Translations under genes and position numbers: made by a program
The notes under the pieces: generated by a model
Told to the model about the DNA's origin: nothing
The model's input: only the letters and a program-made list of their open reading frames with translations
Databases searched by the model: none
Part shown: one piece after another, positions 45,064 to 53,527 of the stretch
How positions within the stretch are numbered: position 1 is the first letter of the stretch
Layout: each line of letters begins with the position of its first letter
Origin: Candidatus Omnitrophota bacterium
GTDB lineage: Bacteria; Omnitrophota; Gorgyraeia; 2-01-FULL-45-10
NCBI GenBank assembly: GCA_041650935.1
Contig: JBAZKH010000001.1
Span: 347,337 to 411,336 of the forward strand
Direction: 5' to 3'
Length of the DNA stretch: 64,000 bases

Positions 45064-46281
45064 ATGGGTTACGGGAGAGTTGTTGTTACCGGCATAGGCA
45101 TAATTTCCTCTATAGGGATAGGCGTGGATGAATTCTGGTCTAATTTAATAGCCGGTAAATCCGGCATAAGCGCGGTCGAATCTTTCGATACATCAAAATA
45201 CGAAAATCATAGAGGCGGTGAAGTTAAAGGTTTCAACCCTTTGGATTTTATAAACGAAACTAAGATAAAAAACACGGGAAAAACATCGCAGTTTGGGATT
45301 GCCGCAGCCAGGCTGGCGATTAAAGATAGCCGGTTAAGTATCGATTCAACGATATCCGGCCGAATGGGCGCTATTATGGGAACGACTATGGCCGATTCGC
45401 AGAGGCTGGAGGAGATGGATAAAGTGTGGATAGAATCCGGGGAAAAGGAAGTGGATCCGGCCCTTATATCTCAGTATCCGGGTAACTCCATATCTGCCGC
45501 TATCGGATTTGAGTTAGGCTTGAAAGGGGTGGTATCGGTCATACCTACGGCCTGTTCGGCCGGTAATTATTCGATAGGCTATTCTTATGATCTGATCCGA
45601 ATGGGGAAGATGGATGCGATGCTGGCCGGCGGGTCCGATTCTTTTTCACGGGTTGCTTTTACGGGATTTAACAGACTTTTTGCCGTTGCGCCGGAAAAAT
45701 GCCAGCCCTTCGATAAAAACAGGAAAGGCATGATAGTTGGAGAGGGGGCGGGAGTGCTATTACTGGAATCGCTGGATAACGCTTTGAATCGAAAAGCAAA
45801 AATATATACCGAAATATCAGGATATGCCTTGAGCTGTGACGCGCATCATATGACAGCCCCGTCGCCCGACGGTATATCGAAAGTGATAAAAAAAGCTATC
45901 AAAAATTCCGGGATAGATCCCGATGATGTTGATTACGTATCCGCTCACGGCACCGGCACGCTGGCAAATGATAAAGCAGAGTGTCAGGCTATCGCGGAAG
46001 TGTTTAAAGAAAGGTATAAAAAAATACCCGTAAGCTCGATCAAGTCTATGCTGGGTCACACGATGGGCGCGGCAAGCGCCATAGAGGCCGCCGCCTGCTG
46101 TCTCGCTATAAAGAATAGCATGGTTCCCCCGACCATTAATTACGAAACACCGGATCCCGAATGCGATATCGACTGCGTGCCGAACAGGGCGCGCAAGTAC
46201 GATGTCCGGGTAGCGCTTAATAATTCACTGGCATTCGGCGGAAATAACGCATGTTTGGCGGTAAGGAAAATAAATTCATGA
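45064..46281 (+). CDS. Beta-ketoacyl-ACP synthase (FabF/KS-alpha-like, catalytically intact)
   Basis: Active-site PTACSAG, SAHGTGT and KSMLGHTMGAAS (Cys-His-His present). Confidence 0.85.
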   Translation: MGYGRVVVTGIGIISSIGIGVDEFWSNLIAGKSGISAVESFDTSKYENHRGGEVKGFNPLDFINETKIKNTGKTSQFGIAAARLAIKDSRLSIDSTISGRMGAIMGTTMADSQRLEEMDKVWIESGEKEVDPALISQYPGNSISAAIGFELGLKGVVSVIPTACSAGNYSIGYSYDLIRMGKMDAMLAGGSDSFSRVAFTGFNRLFAVAPEKCQPFDKNRKGMIVGEGAGVLLLESLDNALNRKAKIYTEISGYALSCDAHHMTAPSPDGISKVIKKAIKNSGIDPDDVDYVSAHGTGTLANDKAECQAIAEVFKERYKKIPVSSIKSMLGHTMGAASAIEAAACCLAIKNSMVPPTINYETPDPECDIDCVPNRARKYDVRVALNNSLAFGGNNACLAVRKINS

Positions 46282-46724
46282 TAAATCCGGGAATAGGAAA
46301 AGTGTTAAATATATTGCCTCAACGGTATCCTTTTCTATTCATTGACAGGATAGTAGAATTCGAAAAAGGGAAAAAGGTTGTTGTCCTGAAGAATGTGACA
46401 GCCAATGAGAGTTATTTTACCGGTCATTTTCCGCAGCGTCCCGTAATGCCCGGGGTGCTCCTGATAGAAACTATGGTCCAGGCCGGAATGATCTTTTTGA
46501 GTTTAAATTCTTTAGCGGATATAAAGGACGCGAAAAGCGCGGATATCTATTATCTATGCTCGGTTAAGGCCCGTTTTTTAAAACCTGCCGCGCCGGGCGA
46601 TCAGGTTTTTGTAGAGATCGCGCCTGTAAAAACGACAAAAGATCTTGGTATAGTGAAGGCTGTAGCTATGGTGGATGGGAAAGAGATAGCGCGGGCCGAG
46701 ATAGCGGGAGCGCGGCAGAAATAG
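46278..46724 (+). CDS. fabZ: 3-hydroxyacyl-ACP dehydratase FabZ-like
   Basis: LPQRYPFLFIDRIV...GHFPQRPVMPGVLLIETMVQ hot-dog dehydratase motif. Overlaps the KS stop. Confidence 0.8.
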   Translation: MINPGIGKVLNILPQRYPFLFIDRIVEFEKGKKVVVLKNVTANESYFTGHFPQRPVMPGVLLIETMVQAGMIFLSLNSLADIKDAKSADIYYLCSVKARFLKPAAPGDQVFVEIAPVKTTKDLGIVKAVAMVDGKEIARAEIAGARQK

Positions 46725-46737
46725 TCATGAGGCGCAT

Positions 46738-47328
46738 ATGGATACCGGTGAGCTTTTTTCATTGTTAAAAGATAGGCGGACGGTACGGTTATATCAAAAA
46801 AAACAGATCCCCAGGGCTCTGGTAGAAAAAATTATTGATGCGGGGCGCTGGGCATCGTCGCTTCACGGATTTCAACCATGGAAGTTCTTTGTAGTCAGGA
46901 AAGAGGAGACGATCAAGGCTATAGCCGGAGATGCCTTTAACAGGTCTAAAAAGTTATATGCGGGGTACAACTTTATATTGCGCTCAACAGGTGAAACGAT
47001 CGCGAACGCTCCCACGGTAATAGTGATCTATGACAAAGGTTTGATACAAAAAAAGATGAACAAGATGGGGGGTACGTACCGCAAGTGCGCAAAGATCTCG
47101 GAAGTCCAGGCGATTTCCGGCGCGATACAAAATATGATCCTGATGGCGCACGCCCTCGGAGTGGTATCGTGCTGGCTGGTCTTCCCGATATTTTGTGAAA
47201 AGGCTGTTAATAAATTGTTGGGATTCGACGGACAAATGATTGCGATGTTAACCTTAGGATATCCTGCCGAAGCCGGCGTTAGATCGGCGAGGAAGCCTAT
47301 AGATGAAACGGTTGGATATGTCGAATGA
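46738..47328 (+). CDS. Nitroreductase-family (FMN-dependent) oxidoreductase
   Basis: LLKDRRTVRLYQKK...RWASSLHGFQPWKFFVV nitroreductase-fold signature. Confidence 0.65.
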   Translation: MDTGELFSLLKDRRTVRLYQKKQIPRALVEKIIDAGRWASSLHGFQPWKFFVVRKEETIKAIAGDAFNRSKKLYAGYNFILRSTGETIANAPTVIVIYDKGLIQKKMNKMGGTYRKCAKISEVQAISGAIQNMILMAHALGVVSCWLVFPIFCEKAVNKLLGFDGQMIAMLTLGYPAEAGVRSARKPIDETVGYVE

Positions 47329-48791
47329 ACGATAAATATGATGTGGTAATAATCGGTTCCGGGATAGGCGGCTTAATTTGCGCCTGTTACCTGGCCAAAG
47401 CAAAGCAGAGCGTCTTAGTCATAGAACAGCATAATGCGCCGGGAGGGTATTGCACCTCTTTCAGTAGAGGGAAATACAGGTTCGATGTCGGAGTGAGATA
47501 TTTTGCGGGTATTGAAAAAGGAACCATGGGAAGGATCCTTGACGAACTTAGCATTAAAAAAACATTGGGTTTTAGACAATTCGATCCGACCGATAAGATA
47601 ATCGATCCCGATGGCGTAACGTATCTGCGGGCTAATCCTGATGATACGATCATCGGATTACAAAAAGAATTTCCCTGCGAAAAAGAAAATATACGAAAAT
47701 TATTCCGGTTTATGATGGATCCCGATTTTTTAAATATCTACAGCAAGGTAAAGAAGATGTCGTTTGCGGAGGTAATAAACAGCCATTTTTCCGATGAGCG
47801 ATTAAGGTTTATTATGAATTCTTTGATATTCTGCAACAATGGGTTAGCGGCAGACGAAGTAAGCGCCGTTTTCGCGATTATCATATTCCGTAATTATTTA
47901 TTGGACCCGGGATATTATCTTGCCGGAGGCGTCCAAAGTTTCCCGGACGCGCTGGTATCCATGCTCCGGCAATACGGAGGCGAGTTGAAATTATCTACCA
48001 AGGTTACAAGGATCATTACGAAGGATTCAATAGTAAAGGGCGTGGAATGTGAAGATGGCTCAGTATTCGATTCCGACACGGTCGTTGCCAATGTCGACGC
48101 AACCCAGGTTTTTACAAAATTATTGGATATTAAGTCCAGGGAGGCATCGGTAGTTAATATGCTGGAGCCGTCCAATTCGACATTTATCGCTTATATCGGG
48201 TTAAGCTGCAATATCAGCGGGCATCTCTCGGATCAATGCGGGATCCTCTATTTCTCGAGCCATAATGTTAAAGACCTGAGGATCCCAAAGAAGGATTATG
48301 GCCCGGAGAACGCTTTCATGAACGGTATTATTTGTGAATTCCCGTCATTGCATGATCCTGCATCGGGAGCTTCCGGCAACTCTTCGGTCACTTTAGCGAT
48401 CCAGGCTCCTTTCAAACCGGGATGTGAATGGGAAAAGATGAGGAAAGATTTCGAAACGCGGATAATCGAAAAAGCGGAAAAAGAAATATTCAAATTCCAA
48501 TTCAAAAAATATATCGAGCTTGCATTGACAGCAATTCCCGACACCTTATTAAGGTACACTTCCAATCGGGCAGGCGCATTATTTGGTTGGGCATCGCTCA
48601 GGAATCAGGTAAACATGTCCATTCTCCCTCCCAGGACTACGATCGAGGGTTTGTATTTGGCCGGACATTGGTGCACGATAGGTTCCGGCCATGGCGGCGT
48701 AACCGGAGTTGCTTTGTCGGGAAGGAAGACGGCCGAGATCATTATGAAGCAAAAGAGTAAGGACTGGGGATATGCCATACTTAAACCATAA
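47325..48791 (+). CDS. Phytoene-desaturase-like FAD-dependent oxidoreductase (CrtI/COG1233 family)
   Basis: N-terminal YDVVIIGSGIGGLICACYLAKAKQSVLVIEQHNAPGGYC FAD-binding fold. About 488 aa. Confidence 0.75.
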   Translation: MNDKYDVVIIGSGIGGLICACYLAKAKQSVLVIEQHNAPGGYCTSFSRGKYRFDVGVRYFAGIEKGTMGRILDELSIKKTLGFRQFDPTDKIIDPDGVTYLRANPDDTIIGLQKEFPCEKENIRKLFRFMMDPDFLNIYSKVKKMSFAEVINSHFSDERLRFIMNSLIFCNNGLAADEVSAVFAIIIFRNYLLDPGYYLAGGVQSFPDALVSMLRQYGGELKLSTKVTRIITKDSIVKGVECEDGSVFDSDTVVANVDATQVFTKLLDIKSREASVVNMLEPSNSTFIAYIGLSCNISGHLSDQCGILYFSSHNVKDLRIPKKDYGPENAFMNGIICEFPSLHDPASGASGNSSVTLAIQAPFKPGCEWEKMRKDFETRIIEKAEKEIFKFQFKKYIELALTAIPDTLLRYTSNRAGALFGWASLRNQVNMSILPPRTTIEGLYLAGHWCTIGSGHGGVTGVALSGRKTAEIIMKQKSKDWGYAILKP

Positions 48792-48808
48792 ACATAGAGG
48801 GTTTAGAC

Positions 48809-50983
48809 ATGTGGCTTAATGTTTTTGGAGTAGGAAGTATCTGTATCGTTATCTCGAGTATCTTGATGGGGATAACTGTTTTTGCGAAAAGCCAGGATAA
48901 AAAACTTGGTAATGTATGGGGCTTTTTCTGCATTGCGGTGACCCTCTTCGGGATCGGTACATTTATGGTCTCTATTATTCCGGCTTCATCATATTCTAAC
49001 GCGTTATTTTGGTGGCAGGTGGCATATCAGGGGGCTATATTTTCGGTAGTTTTCTTTAGCCATTATGTAATCAACTATCTGAAATTGGACAAAAAGATAT
49101 TCATACGTTCCATATATTTCATGGCTTTCGTATTTTCATTTTTTAATTGGTATAAAAATTCCGAATATTTGATCGGCAATATGTATTTTGTTTTTGGGCA
49201 GTTTTATTGCCCGGATTGGATCAAGTATAAAAATCCGATCTGGCTGGTCATGTACATAACGTTTTTCATATTTCTACTCGGTTATACCTTTTGGCTTTTA
49301 CTTCGAAGTTACCTATCCTCGCCAAGCGCAGATCGTAATCAGCTAAAATATTTCATGCTGGGCTCTGTCTTCGGATGGGTAGGCGCGCATGCTGATTTTT
49401 TGATCTGCTTTAGGGTGCCGCTCTATCCGTTCCTCCATTTCTGCGTCGCTTTTTATACCATAATCTTTACATATGCCATAGTGCGCTACCAGCTTATGGC
49501 TATAGAAGTTATCGTGCGCAAGACCCTTGTCTTTGCAGGGTTATTAGCCTCGGTATTTGCGATGCTTATCCTACCGACCTTGATCCTCCAGGAATATATA
49601 TTCAGGAGTGCCGGCGCCGGCGGCAAGATCGTAGGTTTTGTAATAAGCGGCATCATAATCATCCTTACAATGCATCGGATCGAGTCTTTCCTTATCAATG
49701 TCACGGATAAATACCTCTTCCAGAAGAAATACGATTACAAGGCATTACTGCGGACATTTACGAACGAGGTCCTGACGGTGCTCGAGCTGGATAAGCTGGT
49801 GAACCTGACGGTCGATAAGCTGTCGGATATCATAAAACTTAATTCGGCGGCAGTCTTGCTCTTCAATGAAGAGGAACAGCAGTTCGAAGTTGCGGCACAG
49901 CGAAACGTAAAAGACCCGGACGTTAAGCTTATCCGGCCAGACGGTATAGTGACTTTTATGGAAGCTACGCAGGGCTATCTTCTGGTAAAAGAACTCATCG
50001 CCAGGAAGATATCTATTCCCGCGGCGATCCGGGAAATAATAGATAAGCTGAGCGCGGAACTGGTTATCCCTATGGTGATGCACGAGAAGCTTATAGGCAT
50101 ATTGTCTCTGGGCAAGAAGAAGTCGGATGAAGATTATTCGGAGGACGACCTCGACATACTACTGCCTTTGGCGAGGACGCTCGCGATAGCGATCTCGAAC
50201 GCCCAGCTCTTCGACGAGCTGGGCAAGACGCAGGCCGACGCGGCGCAGAAGGATAAGATGGCGGTCATCGGCACGCTCTCAGCCGGGATAAACCATGAGA
50301 TATGTAATCCGTTAGGCATAGCGCGCGGCCAGTGCGAGGCGTTCCTCTTAAACCTCAAAGACGGCCTTTACAAGTCCAAGACCAACGAGGAGCTTCTTAC
50401 CAAAGCCAGGGAGATAATGGCGAAGGTGATCCATGAGACCGACAGAGCGACCGCTATTACGAAGAAGCTTTCCCAGTTTGCCAAGCCGTCGAAAGGGGAC
50501 CTGGAGTGGGTGAATGTAGAAAAAGAGGTAGACGATGTCCTGGGTCTTGTGGGTTACGAATTGAAGCTGGAGAAGATCGAGTTCGAGAAACATATCTCTA
50601 CGACACTGCCTCAGATATTCGTGGACAGGAAACAACTGCAGGAGGTTCTCTTCAACCTTGTCCGCAATGCCGGACAGGCCATAGGCGAGAAGGGCAAGGT
50701 TATAATTACCGCGAAAGAAGAGAGGAATAAGGTAATTATCGATATCAAGGATACGGGCAGCGGCATACCGCCCGACAAGGTCAAGGAGCTATTCAATCCG
50801 TTCTTTACGACGAAAGAACCCGGTAAAGGGACGGGCCTGGGGCTTTTTATCGTCAGCCGTGTCGTAGAGCGGAACGGCGGCCGTATCTACCTTAAAGAGA
50901 CGAAGGTGGGCGAGGGGACGACGTTTACGCTCGAATTCCCGGTGGCGAGTAAGAGTGAGGTGACGCAAGCGGAGAAAAGTTAA
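48809..50983 (+). CDS. Membrane sensor histidine kinase (multi-TM sensor, GAF, HisKA, HATPase_c)
   Basis: About 7 TM helices. GAF region. HEICNPL H-box. DTGSGIP...GTGLGL ATPase motifs. Confidence 0.8.
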   Translation: MWLNVFGVGSICIVISSILMGITVFAKSQDKKLGNVWGFFCIAVTLFGIGTFMVSIIPASSYSNALFWWQVAYQGAIFSVVFFSHYVINYLKLDKKIFIRSIYFMAFVFSFFNWYKNSEYLIGNMYFVFGQFYCPDWIKYKNPIWLVMYITFFIFLLGYTFWLLLRSYLSSPSADRNQLKYFMLGSVFGWVGAHADFLICFRVPLYPFLHFCVAFYTIIFTYAIVRYQLMAIEVIVRKTLVFAGLLASVFAMLILPTLILQEYIFRSAGAGGKIVGFVISGIIIILTMHRIESFLINVTDKYLFQKKYDYKALLRTFTNEVLTVLELDKLVNLTVDKLSDIIKLNSAAVLLFNEEEQQFEVAAQRNVKDPDVKLIRPDGIVTFMEATQGYLLVKELIARKISIPAAIREIIDKLSAELVIPMVMHEKLIGILSLGKKKSDEDYSEDDLDILLPLARTLAIAISNAQLFDELGKTQADAAQKDKMAVIGTLSAGINHEICNPLGIARGQCEAFLLNLKDGLYKSKTNEELLTKAREIMAKVIHETDRATAITKKLSQFAKPSKGDLEWVNVEKEVDDVLGLVGYELKLEKIEFEKHISTTLPQIFVDRKQLQEVLFNLVRNAGQAIGEKGKVIITAKEERNKVIIDIKDTGSGIPPDKVKELFNPFFTTKEPGKGTGLGLFIVSRVVERNGGRIYLKETKVGEGTTFTLEFPVASKSEVTQAEKS

Positions 50984-51017
50984 GGCTGCTGACTGAAATT
51001 AAGATGAGCGAGGAACT

Positions 51018-51395
51018 ATGACACAGACTAAGCCGCGGATTGTTGCGATAGACGACGAAGCAGAATTTATACAAATGCTGCAGGAGTATTTCGAGCCGCG
51101 CGGATACGAATTACATGTCGCGGTGCGCGGCGCGAGAGGTATCGAGCTTGTGAAGGAGAAGAAGCCGGATGTCCTGCTGATGGACCTGAAGATGCCCGGG
51201 ATCGACGGTGACGAGGTGTGGAAATTACTGCAGTCGATGTCGCCGCCGCCAAAGGTGATATTTGTCACGGCTTATGATGACGGCGGCAAGACGAAAGCGA
51301 GGCTTCTCAAGATGGGCGCGTACGCCTGTCTCGACAAACCGATATCATCGCTCAAGGATTTGGAGGGACTTATAAACAAGGCCTTTACGTCGTAA
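51018..51395 (+). CDS. Single-domain response regulator (CheY-like receiver)
   Basis: IVAIDDE...DVLLMDLKMPGIDG receiver motifs. Confidence 0.8.
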   Translation: MTQTKPRIVAIDDEAEFIQMLQEYFEPRGYELHVAVRGARGIELVKEKKPDVLLMDLKMPGIDGDEVWKLLQSMSPPPKVIFVTAYDDGGKTKARLLKMGAYACLDKPISSLKDLEGLINKAFTS

Positions 51396-51448
51396 TAGGT
51401 TTCCTGGTTATTGGTGGTTTCATGATAATATAGTCATGGAGGAGAGCG

Positions 51449-51805
51449 ATGAAGAAGATACTGGTAGTCGACGACGAACGCGACATATGCGACTTTGTGC
51501 AGAGCTTCTTCAGGGAGAGGGGATATGATGTCCTTACGGCTTCGAGCGGTGAGGATGCGTTAACGGCAGTTAAAAATGACAGGCCCGACCTGATCCTTCT
51601 CGACATAAAGATGAAGGGTATGGACGGTATAGCGGCGCTGAAACATATCAAAGATCTTGATAAGAAGATAAAGGTTGTTATGGTGACGGCTCTCGAGGAC
51701 CAGGAGAGGATGGACGAGGCCTGCAGGCTTGGCGCATGCGAATATATAACAAAACCACTCGTTCTCGACCATCTGGAGCGCGCCGTGGAAAATAATTTAA
51801 AATAA
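51449..51805 (+). CDS. Single-domain response regulator (CheY-like receiver)
   Basis: ILVVDDE...DLILLDIKMKGMDG receiver motifs. Confidence 0.8.
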   Translation: MKKILVVDDERDICDFVQSFFRERGYDVLTASSGEDALTAVKNDRPDLILLDIKMKGMDGIAALKHIKDLDKKIKVVMVTALEDQERMDEACRLGACEYITKPLVLDHLERAVENNLK

Positions 51806-51820
51806 AGGAGAAGCCGTTTA

Positions 51821-53170
51821 ATGGATAAACCTAGAAAAGCGCCAAGCTGGGATAAGCTCCATAATATATTTGTGGAGAACTCCGTGAGCCGGAACGGAAA
51901 TCTTTCCGGCCAGGCAGGGGATCCGGCTAACGAAAGGTTGCAGATGGCGAACCCGACTCCAAAATACGACTACCAGGCTTTCCTGGAGAAGGCGTCCAGG
52001 ACCATGATAAGGTTCAAGAAGCCGGAACATCTCATCAAGATGATCGTGAAGACGATCGACGAGCAGCTCAAGGTTACGCACACGGCAGTTTTGCTCTTCA
52101 AGGAACACAGGCACTCATATATCCTTATAGATTCCAAAGGTTCGCAGGGCGTAAAGATACCGATAGGGTTCATAAAATTGGTGGCGGACAACCCGCTCAT
52201 CAGCGTATTCAGCGAAAAGCAGAGTTACCTTATATCAGAGACGGGCATACTGCGTTATGACGATGTCATCCTGGGCCTGCGGAATCGCGAGATACTGGAA
52301 CGCCAGCCCGAACTTTACGACAAGCTCCTGCTCATAAAAAAGCAGATGGACCTTATAAAGGCGAGGCTCTGCGTGCCGTGTTATTTCAAACGCGACCTCC
52401 TGGGTGTGCTCGTCCTGGGCGAGAAGATCTCGGGCGAGACGTTTACAAGGGAGGAGATGGGCTTCTTCGTCACGCTGGCCAACGATGCCGCGATGGCGAT
52501 CGCGAACGCGCTCCTCATCGAGAACTTACAGCAGAAGATCGAGGAGATAAAAGAGCTATATGTCCGCGAGCACCGCATATTTATCCATACGGCGATAGCG
52601 ATGGCCGCGGCGATCGACGCGCGGGACCCGTATACGCACGGCCACACAGAGCGCGTCACGACATATTGCCTGGCGATCGCCAGGGAGCTCGAGGGTATCC
52701 CCGAGATGGCGGGCTACAAGAATTTCAGGGAGACGCTGCAAATAGCGGCGCTTCTCCATGACATAGGTAAGATCGGCGTTCCCGACCACATCCTGAACAA
52801 ACACGGTAAGCTGGCGCCGGAGGAGTTCGAAGAGATAAAGAAGCATTCGATAATCGGCGCGACGATCCTCCATCCGATCAAGGAACTGGCCGACGTCGCG
52901 CGCGAGGTGCGCCACCATCAGGAGTGCTTCGACGGTTCCGGTTATCCGGACGGGCTTAAAGGTATCGATATACCGCTGATCGCGCGGATCATCTCCGTCG
53001 CGGATGCGTTCGACGCCATCACTACCGACCGGCCCTACAAGAAGAAAAAGAGGATAGAGGACGCGATAGCGGAGATTAAGCGTTGCTCGGGCGCGCAGTT
53101 CGATCCTGTCATAGTGAGCGCGTTCCTGCTGGCTTACGAAAAAGGGAACATTATAACCGGCAGCAATTAA
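51821..53170 (+). CDS. GAF-domain HD-GYP phosphodiesterase (c-di-GMP)
   Basis: HTERVTTY...LLHDIGKIGVPD (HD) and FDGSGYPDGLKG (GYP). Confidence 0.8.
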   Translation: MDKPRKAPSWDKLHNIFVENSVSRNGNLSGQAGDPANERLQMANPTPKYDYQAFLEKASRTMIRFKKPEHLIKMIVKTIDEQLKVTHTAVLLFKEHRHSYILIDSKGSQGVKIPIGFIKLVADNPLISVFSEKQSYLISETGILRYDDVILGLRNREILERQPELYDKLLLIKKQMDLIKARLCVPCYFKRDLLGVLVLGEKISGETFTREEMGFFVTLANDAAMAIANALLIENLQQKIEEIKELYVREHRIFIHTAIAMAAAIDARDPYTHGHTERVTTYCLAIARELEGIPEMAGYKNFRETLQIAALLHDIGKIGVPDHILNKHGKLAPEEFEEIKKHSIIGATILHPIKELADVAREVRHHQECFDGSGYPDGLKGIDIPLIARIISVADAFDAITTDRPYKKKKRIEDAIAEIKRCSGAQFDPVIVSAFLLAYEKGNIITGSN

Positions 53171-53441
53171 TTTCTTGTTTATCGCTATAAATCCACTATA
53201 ATAGATACTTATATAAACAGAGAGGTTTCATCTTGGCTAATGCGAGCGGAACCCCAGTTTCTCAGTCCTCTGATTTGAGAGGATTTTATAAAGGTAATTA
53301 TAGGTAAATGAAAGGCTTGCGTACGAAAGCCTTTCTTAAAATGTTAAGACATCAAAAATATAGTTTTTCTTTGTTGACAACCTTGGTTTTTGTGATAACC
53401 TTATCTATACTTTAGTAGAATTTTGGAAGGAACAGATTAAA

Positions 53442-53474
53442 ATGCTTGGCAGGTTTGCCAGGCATTTTTGTTTT
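53442..53474 (+). terminator. Strong intrinsic terminator hairpin 50 nt upstream of the HEAT-repeat gene start
   Basis: ATGCTTGGCA-GGTT-TGCCAGGCAT (10-bp stem with one G·U), then TTTTGTTTT. Confidence 0.5.
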
Positions 53475-53527
53475 ATAAATAAGGAGATTAAGTAAGTTAG
53501 CAATATAAAAACATGGGAGGATTAGAA

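Noticed and set aside
53513-53527. ORF-track start of the HEAT-repeat gene at 53513 (MGGLEM…)
   Set aside because: GGGAGGA at 53515-53521 is a Shine-Dalgarno sequence for the ATG at 53528. That ATG begins a canonical signal peptide (MKIRERTISVVVIM…).
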